DNA of 25,474 bases from Myxococcales bacterium (GTDB taxonomy: Bacteria > Myxococcota_A > UBA9042): contig JBBISH010000095.1 of the NCBI GenBank assembly GCA_037441385.1, positions 1 through 25,474 of the forward strand, written 5' to 3'. Each line of letters begins with the position of its first letter. Position 1 is the stretch's first letter. The position numbers were made by a program, and so were the translations under genes. The notes under the pieces are model-generated. The model did no database searches. It was not told the DNA's origin and worked only from the letters and a program-made list of their open reading frames with translations. Below are positions 1-8,801 of the stretch, piece after piece.

Positions 1-2
1 CG

Positions 3-1226
3 GTCAGCAAGAGCGCGAGGAGCGAGCCAGGCAACGTGCCGAACGGTCGCGTGGCTGAGCTTGCGGTTTTCGCCGGATTTGGGCGGTTTTGGGGCGCCGG
101 TGACATCACGGTCTGGTCGTTCGAGACCGCTTGGAACTGTTATGTGGATCACGTTGCCTATCTGTTCGCATCTGAATTGCTCGGGCTGGTGCCCTGGACG
201 CTTGCTTCGCTCGATGAGGCAGCCCTGGACCTGCTCCTGGACGGCCAGACCAACTTTGCCTGGTACGCCAACTCTGCCTACAAGTCCTATAAGCTGACTA
301 CCACGCCACTGGCCAAGCTCTACCCGGCGACTGGCTACACGCTCAAGCGTCTGCCAGGGCAATCGCTGACTGTGGTGCCAGCAAATCCGCTGTTTGTGTG
401 GGCGTTCCTGAAGAAGGAGAAGATTCTCGCCGGCACGCGGCTGCAAACAATTGTAAACCTGCTGAATTGGTTTCGTGAGTTTGCCGACCATTCTGCGAGC
501 CCAACCGACGTTCTGACCGCGCAAGGAACGGAGGCCGTCTGGCAGCATCGCTATGGCATGCCCGTGTCTCGGCTGGTCGACGGCACGGCCACGTTTACTG
601 TCACTGGCGCGTTCGAGTTCGACCATTGGACCCAAGGCTGTCAAGGATCCGCGGCTGCCATGGCCAGCATCTTGTGGTCCATTGGTATTCCCGCCACTTG
701 CACTGCACCCTGCGCTCACGCCTTGCCATACTTTCCGAGCGAAGATGCCTACTTGAGCCATGCTGATGATCCCTATAACATATATGCCCACGACTTACCC
801 ATCGTGAATGGCGGCATGATCGTCTCGATGCCCTTTGCAAGTTGGCCTACGGCGCAACTGCTGATCGACGGAAAACAATATGACAATTGGTTTGGACCAA
901 CCGTTACGAACGCAAACAAGTGCGTCAACGTAGGCCGGCAGGTCTACGAGCTGGCAGCAGAAACGCTTCCGGACTTTCTTCTCAAGCTCCACTGCCTTGA
1001 CGTTGCAGATGGGCTTGTTGTGCCCGCCAGCGACGCGGCGTGCCAGACCACCCGCGTCTTCAAGGTGTTGGGCGACAAGTTCAGCGTTCAAATGCTCAAG
1101 TCCCTTGCCTTTCCTGGACAGGGCCCGGACCTATGGGTCAATCTCCAGGCCAAGCTCGACAAGGTTGGCGGTTGCAGTGCGGTCAAATGGTTTGGCTTCG
1201 TCCCAGGTATCGGCAATGTGGCGTAG
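3..1226 (+). CDS. Hypothetical protein with a transglutaminase-like Cys-His-Asp core; probably 5'-truncated by the window edge
   Basis: Frame is open from position 3 (VSKSARSEPGNVP...) to TAG at 1224-1226. GCQGSAAAMASILWSIGIPA...CAHALPYF...HADDPY resembles the transglutaminase-like GxCxxxA...LRxxGIPA / His / Asp arrangement. Confidence 0.6.
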   Translation, partial: VSKSARSEPGNVPNGRVAELAVFAGFGRFWGAGDITVWSFETAWNCYVDHVAYLFASELLGLVPWTLASLDEAALDLLLDGQTNFAWYANSAYKSYKLTTTPLAKLYPATGYTLKRLPGQSLTVVPANPLFVWAFLKKEKILAGTRLQTIVNLLNWFREFADHSASPTDVLTAQGTEAVWQHRYGMPVSRLVDGTATFTVTGAFEFDHWTQGCQGSAAAMASILWSIGIPATCTAPCAHALPYFPSEDAYLSHADDPYNIYAHDLPIVNGGMIVSMPFASWPTAQLLIDGKQYDNWFGPTVTNANKCVNVGRQVYELAAETLPDFLLKLHCLDVADGLVVPASDAACQTTRVFKVLGDKFSVQMLKSLAFPGQGPDLWVNLQAKLDKVGGCSAVKWFGFVPGIGNVA

Positions 1227-1230
1227 CCCA

Positions 1231-2112
1231 ATGGCCTGGCGCCACCTGCTGCTCGCGGCCGTCGCCACCTCTGGCTGCGCCGACGGGGGCGTAGCTGGCC
1301 CCTTCCCTCTCGACGTTGCCGTGGCACCAGCGAACGGCGAATTGGGCCCTGATGCAAGCGTCGCCGCAGCAGACGCAGCCAGTGTGTCGGACGCAGGAGA
1401 GGATACAGGCACAGCGGACGCCCAGGTTGAACTGTTCGACCTCGGTCAAAATGACCTAACCGATGCCCTGAACGCGGGGGAAGCGGACGGTGGGGCTGGG
1501 CCTTCGGATGGTGAAGCCGGCCTCGAAGCCGCCGTGCAAGCCAGTGACATCATCCCGGTCTGGGACGCCATCCCCAGCGACCTCGAACCACCCGACACTG
1601 CAGCGGCTGATGGAATGGTCGACATGGCGGCGCTTTCGGACGAAGTGGCAGACGGCAACTTCCCGGACACTCCGCTCGGCGACGGTGCGGACGTGACGGG
1701 AGCCGGAGTCCCGGATGACACGGATTCGGGCTCGGCGATGCTGGACACTGTGCCATGGGACTGCAAGGCAACACCCGCACCCGACGTACTCCAGACCGAT
1801 TGCGGCCTGTTCGAGCAAAAGGGCCATTGCTTCAAGATCACCGAACCCTGCGCCTCCGACGACGATTGCCCGTCGAAGAATTGCCTTCAAGGGCATTGCG
1901 CCACCTATCCGGCGTGGCCAAGCACGTGCGGATGTGTGACTGATTCGGATTGCTCCAAGCCATTTCTCGTCTGCATCACGAATACGGCATGGTGCGGCAA
2001 GTGCTTGGCCGCTACGCCGTTTTGCACCGCGACCTGCGACTGCCCCGCAAACTTTGTCTGTGGATCCGACAAGATATGTCATCCACTGTGCTGCCAGCTC
2101 AACCAGGGCTGA
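1231..2112 (+). CDS. Putative lipoprotein with acidic low-complexity stalk and Cys-rich C-terminal domain (293 aa)
   Basis: ATG at 1231, 4 nt after the upstream stop. Signal peptide and lipobox-like MAWRHLLLAAVATSG-C; D/A/G-rich linker; C-terminal units such as CASDDDC, CVTDSDC, CPANFVC. Confidence 0.75.
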   Translation: MAWRHLLLAAVATSGCADGGVAGPFPLDVAVAPANGELGPDASVAAADAASVSDAGEDTGTADAQVELFDLGQNDLTDALNAGEADGGAGPSDGEAGLEAAVQASDIIPVWDAIPSDLEPPDTAAADGMVDMAALSDEVADGNFPDTPLGDGADVTGAGVPDDTDSGSAMLDTVPWDCKATPAPDVLQTDCGLFEQKGHCFKITEPCASDDDCPSKNCLQGHCATYPAWPSTCGCVTDSDCSKPFLVCITNTAWCGKCLAATPFCTATCDCPANFVCGSDKICHPLCCQLNQG

Positions 2113-2402
2113 GGCGTTGTGCCGCGCCAATCATGCCAGGCGTCGCGTCTTTCGACGAACGGAAAGCCGGGGACAATTTCTGAGTTCTGTCCCAGTACGT
2201 CGGTTACAGGCCCGCGTTGCACGCACGGAGGCCTGCTCGTACCCCCGAAAGCGGAACCGTGCCGACTCCCGCTCCTGGAAGCCCAGGCCCCCAACTTCTG
2301 CCCCAAAGTGGGGAGGCAGCAGCCGATACGCTGCGGGGTGGAGGGTTGGCGTGGCAAGCTGAGCCCGTTTCAGGCGGCGAACCGCCAGCCCCGCCCGAAA
2401 AC

Positions 2403-5240
2403 CTACCTGGGCTTCTGAATCGCCGCCTGCGCCGCCGCCAAACGGGCGACCGGCACCCGGAACGGCGAGCAGCTCACATAGTTCAACCCAATGTCATGGC
2501 AGAACATCACGCTAGTCGGCTCGCCACCGTGCTCCCCGCAGATGCCAATCTGCAGCCCCGGCCGCGTCGTCCGGCCCTTGCCGATGGCCAGCTTCATCAG
2601 CTCGCCCACGCCCTGCTGGTCGATCTTCTGGAACGGGTCGCTGGCAAACACCTCTTGCTCCACATACGCACCCATGAAGCCCTTGGTGTCGTCGCGCGAG
2701 ATGCCGCAGGTCGTCTGCGTCAGGTCATTCGTCCCAAACGAGAAGAACTCCGCCGTCTTGGCAATCACATCCGCGACCACACACGCCCGCGGCAGCTCGA
2801 TCATCGTCCCCACCAAGTAGTGGAGCTTGACCCCCGCCTTCGCGATCACCTCGTCGGCAATCTCCTTGGCCTGCGCGCCGGTCAGCTGCATCTCGCGCTC
2901 GGTGCCCACCAGCGGAATCATGATCTCGGGCTTGACGGGCAGGCCCTCCTTCGCGATCACCTCGTCGGCAATCTCCTTGGCCTGCGCGCCGGTCAGCTGC
3001 ATCTCGCGCTCGGTGCCCACCAGCGGAATCATGATCTCGGGCTTGACGGGCAGGCCCTCCTTCACCAGGTCGCACGCCGCTTCCACGATGGCGCGGATCT
3101 GCATCGCGTAGATCGCCGGGAACGTGATGCCCAGGCGGCAGCCGCGGTGACCCAACATGGGATTGGACTCATGCAGCGCCTCGATGCGCGCCTCCACCTC
3201 GTGCGACGTGATGCCCAGCTCCTTGGCCACGCCCGCCACTTTCTCCCCAAAGACCGCCGGCTTCAGCGCCTCGCGCGACGGCAGGAATTCGTGCAGCGGC
3301 GGGTCCAGCAGGCGCACCGTCACCGGCCGCCCGGCCATCGCCTTGAAGATGCCGTAGAAGTCGCCCTTCTGCATCGGGAACAGCGCCTTCAGCGCCTCGT
3401 CGCGGTCCGCCGCGTTCTGGCTGAGAATCATCCGCCGCACGTGCAGGATCCGCTCGCCCTCAAAGAACATGTGCTCGGTCCGGCACAGGCCAATGCCCTG
3501 CGCGCCAAACCGCACCGCCGTCGCCGCCTGCTTGGGCGAGTCCGCGTTAGTCCACACCTCCAGCTGCCGGTACTTGTCCGCCCACGCCATCAGCTTGGCA
3601 AACTGCTGGTAGGTGTGCGACTTGCTCGCCTCCAGCTGACCGTCCAGCACCTGCTGCACTTCGCTCGGCTTGGTCGGCAGCTCGCCCAGGATCACCTCGG
3701 CGGTAAAGCCGTCGATCGACAGCCAGTCGCCCTCTTTGACCGTGTGCCCGCCCGCCTGCAGCGTGCCGTGCTCGTAGTCGATGTTCAGCGCCCCGCACCC
3801 CACGATGCACACCTTGCCCATCTGCCGCGCCACCAGCGCCGCGTGGCTCGTCATGCCGCCCTGCGCGGTCAAGATGCCCTGGGCCGCGTCCATGCCGCGG
3901 ATGTCTTCGGGGCTCGTGAACTTGCGCACCAGCAGGACTTTCTCGCCCTTGGCCTTCCACGCTTCGGCGTCGCTGGCGTGGAACACCACCCGCCCGCTGG
4001 CGCCGCCCGGACCCGCCGGCAGCCCCTTGGCGATGACCTTGCCCTCGGCCAGCGCGGCCTTCTTGGCGTCTTGGTCAAAGATGGGCGCCAGGAAGGCGGC
4101 GATGCCGTCGGCCTCGGGGCGGAGCACCGCGGTCTTCTCGTCGATCAGGCCCTCTTCCTGCATGTCCACCGCGATACGCGCCGCCGCGAACGGGTGGCGC
4201 TTGGCGGTGCGGGTCTGCAGCATCCACAGCTTCTTGTCTTCGATGGTGAATTCGAAGTCCTGCACGTCGGTGAAGTGCCGCTCCAGGCGCTTGCAGGTGT
4301 CGATGAGCTGGGTGTACGCCTCGGGCAGGTAGCCCTCGAGCTCGGGCAGCGGCAGCGGCGTGCGGGTGCCGGCCACCACGTCTTCGCCCTGGGCATTCAT
4401 CAGGAATTCGCCGTAGATGCGGTCCTCGCCCAGCGCCGGGTCGCGGGTAAAGCCCACGCCGGTGCCGCTGGTGTCGCCGCGGTTGCCAAACACCATCGTT
4501 TGCACGTTCACCGCGGTGCCCCACTCGCTGGGGATGCCGTTCATGTGCCGATAGTGGATGGCCCGGTCGTTCATCCACGACTGGAACACCGCGCCCACCG
4601 CGCCCCACAGCTGCTGCCAGGGATCCTCGGGGAAGTCCACGTTCAGCTTCGACTTGATCGCGGCCTTGTACTGCTTGACCAGATCGCGCAGGTCGTCCGC
4701 GCTCAGCTCGGTGTCGTACTTGGCGCCCACCGCGTGCTTCTTTTGCTCCAAGATGTGCTCGAAGGGGTCTTCCTCCTTCTTGTCCACAGGCTTGAGGCCC
4801 AGCACCACGTCGCCGTACATCGCCACAAAGCGGCGGTAGCTGTCCCAGGCAAAGCGGGCGTTGCCGGTCACCTTCGCCAAGCCCTCGACCGACTTGTCGT
4901 TCAGGCCCAAGTTCAAGATGGTGTCCATCATGCCCGGCATCGACGCCCGCGCGCCCGAGCGGACCGAGAACAGCAGCGGGTTGTCCGGTGCACCAAAATC
5001 CCGGCCGATGACCTTCTCGACCGCGTGGACCGCCGCCTCGACCTGGCCCGTCAGCTCGGCAGGATAGTTCTGCTTGTTGGCGTAGTAGGCGTTGCACACC
5101 TCAGTGGTGATGGTAAAGCCGGGGGGCACCGGGATGCCCAGGTTGACCATCTCGGCCAGGTTGGCGCCCTTGCCGCCCAGCAGGGCCTTCATCGAGGCCG
5201 CACCCTCGTGAAACGCGTACACGTATTTGACGTTGCTCAT
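2403..5240 (-). CDS. ppdK: Pyruvate, phosphate dikinase (945 aa including a 37-aa internal duplication)
   Basis: LLGGKGANLAEM, SVRSGARASMPGMMDTILNLG, phospho-His motif GGMTSHAA, GIGLCRTEHMF, FSFGTNDLTQ, GICGEHGG. ATG at 5240 with AAGGAG upstream. Confidence 0.98.
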   Translation of the reverse strand: MSNVKYVYAFHEGAASMKALLGGKGANLAEMVNLGIPVPPGFTITTEVCNAYYANKQNYPAELTGQVEAAVHAVEKVIGRDFGAPDNPLLFSVRSGARASMPGMMDTILNLGLNDKSVEGLAKVTGNARFAWDSYRRFVAMYGDVVLGLKPVDKKEEDPFEHILEQKKHAVGAKYDTELSADDLRDLVKQYKAAIKSKLNVDFPEDPWQQLWGAVGAVFQSWMNDRAIHYRHMNGIPSEWGTAVNVQTMVFGNRGDTSGTGVGFTRDPALGEDRIYGEFLMNAQGEDVVAGTRTPLPLPELEGYLPEAYTQLIDTCKRLERHFTDVQDFEFTIEDKKLWMLQTRTAKRHPFAAARIAVDMQEEGLIDEKTAVLRPEADGIAAFLAPIFDQDAKKAALAEGKVIAKGLPAGPGGASGRVVFHASDAEAWKAKGEKVLLVRKFTSPEDIRGMDAAQGILTAQGGMTSHAALVARQMGKVCIVGCGALNIDYEHGTLQAGGHTVKEGDWLSIDGFTAEVILGELPTKPSEVQQVLDGQLEASKSHTYQQFAKLMAWADKYRQLEVWTNADSPKQAATAVRFGAQGIGLCRTEHMFFEGERILHVRRMILSQNAADRDEALKALFPMQKGDFYGIFKAMAGRPVTVRLLDPPLHEFLPSREALKPAVFGEKVAGVAKELGITSHEVEARIEALHESNPMLGHRGCRLGITFPAIYAMQIRAIVEAACDLVKEGLPVKPEIMIPLVGTEREMQLTGAQAKEIADEVIAKEGLPVKPEIMIPLVGTEREMQLTGAQAKEIADEVIAKAGVKLHYLVGTMIELPRACVVADVIAKTAEFFSFGTNDLTQTTCGISRDDTKGFMGAYVEQEVFASDPFQKIDQQGVGELMKLAIGKGRTTRPGLQIGICGEHGGEPTSVMFCHDIGLNYVSCSPFRVPVARLAAAQAAIQKPR
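2837..3063. repeat. Exact 111-bp tandem duplication inside ppdK
   Basis: 2837-2947 is identical to 2948-3058; CCTTC occurs at all three junctions (2837, 2948, 3059). The protein repeats KEGLPVKPEIMIPLVGTEREMQLTGAQAKEIADEVIA twice. Confidence 0.97.
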
Positions 5241-5331
5241 GATCCTCAGCTCCTTGGTTGAATCCTGCAGCGCGACGGTACTGGCGAGTCGCGCGCCTTT
5301 GGCCCATCTGGGCCGCCCTGTCTTTGTTTCG

Positions 5332-5700
5332 CTACTCTTCGTGCTTGCTCCCAGTCGACGGCCGCGCCAGGGGCGTGGGCGCGCGGCCCAGCACCTGCGT
5401 AAGCCCAGACAAAACCGGACCAAGTACGTCTACCGCCGCCACGCCGTGCAGCTCGGTCAGCCAGCGCATCGCCTCGGCCGCGTCGGGCTGGGCCAGCGTA
5501 TAGACCAGCAGTGTCGGCCGCGCTTTGGCAGATTGAACGATCCGCTCGATGTCGGCGATCGACTCCATGCCGCCAAACCGCTCGATTTCCGGCGATTCCG
5601 CGCCAAATTGGCCCAAGGCAGCCCGCGTCAAAGTCTCGGCCGTATGACCGGTCGAGTCCGAGACCACGAACACCCTGGCTTTTGGAGTGATTTGCCGCAA
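5332..5700 (-). CDS. PPDK/PEP synthase regulatory protein (DUF299/PDRP family), N-terminal half only (122 aa); possibly a pseudogene
   Basis: VFVVSDSTGHTAETLTRAALGQF...LLVYTL...VDVLGPVL matches the DUF299 N-terminus. TTG start with GGAGG upstream; directly upstream of ppdK. Stops before the DDG and GVSRTSKT motifs. Confidence 0.85.
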   Translation of the reverse strand: MRQITPKARVFVVSDSTGHTAETLTRAALGQFGAESPEIERFGGMESIADIERIVQSAKARPTLLVYTLAQPDAAEAMRWLTELHGVAAVDVLGPVLSGLTQVLGRAPTPLARPSTGSKHEE

Positions 5701-5935
5701 CTACCCGACCCTCCACGGCGGCCAGGGTACCCGCGCCGGGGGCAAAGCTCAAGGCGACGGCCAGTGCATTTCGCTATGCAGTTCAATACATTGCATCAGC
5801 GTTCGGCGAATAGCAAGGCATTTCGCAATGTTCGACTGTGGCGGGTTTCGTCAGGCAATTGCCACGGCAAATCCCCAGGAGTGCCGTACCATCCCGGCTT
5901 GTGCCAGCCTCTGGACGCCGCGCCTGCAGCGGACG

Positions 5936-8614
5936 CTATTTCAGGATATCCAGCGATTTGGGCTGCATGCAGCCCTGGCGGCCGTTGGTCAGACGGACCT
6001 CGATGCGGCCGTCAGCCAGCTCGCGCTGCAGGCGCACGCCCAAGCCTTCGGGCAGGCCGATGGTCTCGCCCACGCCTTGGCACGGCGCCAGGCTGGCGTC
6101 TTCCTCGACCACGATGGCCTCGACCACCGCCGCGTCGACATGCCGCGCAAACCCCCACCAGGCCAGGGCCAACAGCTGCACGACCGTCGCCAGACCCGCG
6201 CCTACGCCCAGCAGCCAGCCGCCGCCGCGCCGCTGCCGCCGCCAAAGCAGGCCAACGGCGAGCGCGCCGGCCAGAATCGCCAGCACGGCCAGGGCTCTCC
6301 GCGGCGCCGCGCGCGCCAGGGCGACATCGGCCTCGGGACTCTCGTCAAAGACATGCAGGGTCTCGTGCCGTCGCCGCGCCTGCTCGGCCAGGTCGCCGCG
6401 CACCGCCGCCAGGTTGCCGTCGATGTCGGCCGCCAGCACACCGTCGGGCCCCAGCCGCTGCGCCTGCTTGTACTGGCCCACCGCAGCGCCCAGGTGACCG
6501 GACTGCGCCAGGGCATTGCCCAGGTTGTAGTGCACCGCCGGGGTGCGCGCACCGTGGTCCAACAGGCTCTGGTAGGCCTTGGCCGCGCCCGCGTAGTCGC
6601 CGGCGACGTAGGCCTGGTTGCCTTGGGCAAAGCTTGCTTCCAGCGACGCCGCCTGCGCCGGCCGACCCGCCGGCAGCAAAAGCAGCGCCGCCAACAGGAT
6701 CAGCGCCGCATGACCCACCGCCCGCTGCTTGCCCGTCGTCCCGGTGCGAAGGGCGCCGGCCAACTCGTCGACCAAGCCAGCCAGGGTGTCGCAAGTGCTG
6801 CTCAAGTCCGCCGGCCGGTTGCCGCCCGGCGCATAGCGCGCGTAGTCGCAATGTTGCATCAAGTCAGCCAGGTTACGGACCGCCGCCTCGCTCAGACCCA
6901 GCGCCGCCAACCGCTCGCGCAGCGCCTGATCGGCCAGGCCGGTCACCGAGGCACCGCTCAACTCCTCGATCAGTTGCTCGATGATCCGGTGCGCTTCGCC
7001 GTAGCCGGCCGCGGGCTCCAGCTGAGCCGCCGCCTTCAGCCGCTCTTTGGCCCGCCCCGGTGCACCCGCGCGGGCCAGGGTCGGCGCCAAACGCTGGCGG
7101 CGTCTCTGCAACAGGGCCCACACGGCGCGGCCCGCCGCCGCCAACCAGGGCAAGGCCGCCAGGACCAACAGCCAAGGCTGCGCGTGCCAAGGCAAGGTCG
7201 TGTCCGCATTCAGCCCCATCGCCGGGGCAATCGGCCGGGGCACGCCGCGACGGGCCGGTGCGGCCGCTCCACTCGGCGCCGCCGCAGGTCCAGGCTCGTT
7301 CCCCACAGCCGGGGGCGCTTTGGCATCGGTCGGAGCCGCAGCCGCCGCAGGCTGGGCCTCGCCCTCGACCACCACCTCAAAAGGTCCAGCTGCCGAGCGC
7401 ACATACGTGCCCGTGGCTGCATCAAAGCTCGCCCACGCCATGGCGGGCAGTTCGTAGTGGCCCGGTGCCGAGAAACTCAAGATATACTGCCAGGTGCGCG
7501 TCCCTTCGCTGCCGCGCTCGCCAGTCCGGACGCCGTCGCGGGTCCGCCCAGGCAGAGCCTCTACAGTCATCCCCTGCAATTTGGGCGGTTCCACGGCCTT
7601 CAGCGCCAGCAGGTTACCCTCGCCGGTCACCGCGACCTGCAGCAACAATCGCTCGCCCACCTTGACCTTGTGACTGGTCGCGGTCTTGCCCGCCACCTGC
7701 AACGTCGCGGACATCTGTAGCTTGCCGATGCTCGCCGGGTCAAAGTCGGCCGGTCGGCCCGCGTCGGGCAGGGCGCGGACCTGCATCTCCAGGGTCGGCG
7801 ACACCAGCTTGGCCGCCTTGGTCTCAAAGAAATCACCCACTTCCACGCGCAAAGTCGGCCCCTGCAGTGGATAGATGCCCGCGCGCGGCGCATTGATCAG
7901 CACGCGATGCAGGATTTGCCGCATGTAGGGCCGCCCGCCGATGCGGACCGGCTCGGCTTTGGGGTGGTCCTTCAGCAGGTCCTCGGGGTCAAGCCCATCC
8001 AGCTTGGGCCCGCTGGTCTCGCGGATGCCCTGCAACTGCATGTTCTGGGCCCAGTACAGCTCCCACGCGACGATGACCTGTTGCCCCGCATAGGGCTGAG
8101 TCACCGACAAGACCGGCCGCACGAACACCGGCTGCCCCGCATACGTCCGCAAGTCCGAAGCCATCTCGGGCTTTTGCCCAGGCCCGGCCGCCTGCTCTTC
8201 GCCCACCACGGTCACGTCCACCGTGTTGGACTTGCCCACCGCGTGACCGCCCAAGCTCGCCTCGACCGGTCCCAGCTTGAATGTGCCCGGCTTGGACGGC
8301 GAACCGATGAAGGTAAAGCTCTCGATGCGGGTCATGGCCCCGTTGAGGATGCTGACCTGGGTCTGATGGCCGCCCTGTTGAAAGTCAAAGCCATCGCTGT
8401 GCAATTCGCTGATGGCGTCGAATTCCCCCGCGGCGCTGACCACGACCTGCAGCTGGTCTTCCAGCGTCACCCGGTTGGCCGAAACCCGCAGCTGCAGGCG
8501 GACTTCGGCCCACGCCGCCGCCGGCAGGGCCACCAGCGCCAGGACCATGGCCACCAGGATGCCCAGGACGCCCAGGACGCGACCCGGCCGGGCTCCCTCC
8601 CGGGACGGCGTCAT
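5936..8614 (-). CDS. BatD-family protein fused to a BatE-like TPR + TM + SH3-like module
   Basis: Signal peptide ending AAAWA-E; BatD-like beta domains (QTQVSILNG, GTFKLGPV, VTGEGNL, PGHYELP..FD); Pro/Ala linker and TM; then FAQGNQAY..GDY..A...Y, VHYNLGNA, two TMs and LPEGLGV...GRIEVRLTNGRQG. Start uncertain (ATG 8614 or slightly downstream). Confidence 0.85.
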   Translation of the reverse strand: MTPSREGARPGRVLGVLGILVAMVLALVALPAAAWAEVRLQLRVSANRVTLEDQLQVVVSAAGEFDAISELHSDGFDFQQGGHQTQVSILNGAMTRIESFTFIGSPSKPGTFKLGPVEASLGGHAVGKSNTVDVTVVGEEQAAGPGQKPEMASDLRTYAGQPVFVRPVLSVTQPYAGQQVIVAWELYWAQNMQLQGIRETSGPKLDGLDPEDLLKDHPKAEPVRIGGRPYMRQILHRVLINAPRAGIYPLQGPTLRVEVGDFFETKAAKLVSPTLEMQVRALPDAGRPADFDPASIGKLQMSATLQVAGKTATSHKVKVGERLLLQVAVTGEGNLLALKAVEPPKLQGMTVEALPGRTRDGVRTGERGSEGTRTWQYILSFSAPGHYELPAMAWASFDAATGTYVRSAAGPFEVVVEGEAQPAAAAAPTDAKAPPAVGNEPGPAAAPSGAAAPARRGVPRPIAPAMGLNADTTLPWHAQPWLLVLAALPWLAAAGRAVWALLQRRRQRLAPTLARAGAPGRAKERLKAAAQLEPAAGYGEAHRIIEQLIEELSGASVTGLADQALRERLAALGLSEAAVRNLADLMQHCDYARYAPGGNRPADLSSTCDTLAGLVDELAGALRTGTTGKQRAVGHAALILLAALLLLPAGRPAQAASLEASFAQGNQAYVAGDYAGAAKAYQSLLDHGARTPAVHYNLGNALAQSGHLGAAVGQYKQAQRLGPDGVLAADIDGNLAAVRGDLAEQARRRHETLHVFDESPEADVALARAAPRRALAVLAILAGALAVGLLWRRQRRGGGWLLGVGAGLATVVQLLALAWWGFARHVDAAVVEAIVVEEDASLAPCQGVGETIGLPEGLGVRLQRELADGRIEVRLTNGRQGCMQPKSLDILK

Positions 8615-8801
8615 GGGGGTGCCCGGCCCTTGAAAGGGCGGGCTATCATTGCGCCGTCGGCCTCCGCCGACGTCCGGTTCCGTCCCAACGAGCGCCCTGC
8701 GATCCGGCACCAAACTCGACAAACCCAAGTTCACACCAGAAGATACCAAGCCGTCCCTGTAGAGGGACGGCGTCATGATAGCCCGCTGCTTCAGCGGCCG
8801 G
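8602..8801. repeat. REP/REPIN-like inverted-repeat element in the batB-batD spacer
   Basis: GCGGGCTATCATTGCGCCGTC (8638-8658) pairs with GACGGCGTCATGATAGCCCGC (8766-8786), 19/21. 9-bp hairpin at 8750-8771. GGGACGGCGTCATG is directly repeated at 8602-8615 and 8764-8777. Confidence 0.7.

Noticed and set aside
997..1230. Upstream extension of the lipoprotein ORF
   Set aside because: Overlaps the preceding gene; the signal peptide begins at ATG 1231.
2371..2390. GGCGG-CGAA-CCGCC hairpin downstream of ppdK as a terminator
   Set aside because: Only a 5-bp stem and no U-tract on either strand; insufficient support.
2837..3063. Repeat as CRISPR, intein or mobile element
   Set aside because: No spacers, no intein motifs and no terminal repeats; it simply duplicates native ppdK sequence.
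2217..5261. 1014-aa plus-strand ORF
   Set aside because: Antisense shadow of ppdK caused by GC-rich codon bias; R/H/L-rich with no recognisable motifs.
5241..5423. N-terminal extension of ppdK in the ORF track, or a PDRP-PPDK frameshift fusion
   Set aside because: PPDK homology starts at MSNVKYVY with its own AAGGAG RBS; the extension has no PDRP C-terminal motifs and no obvious slippery site.
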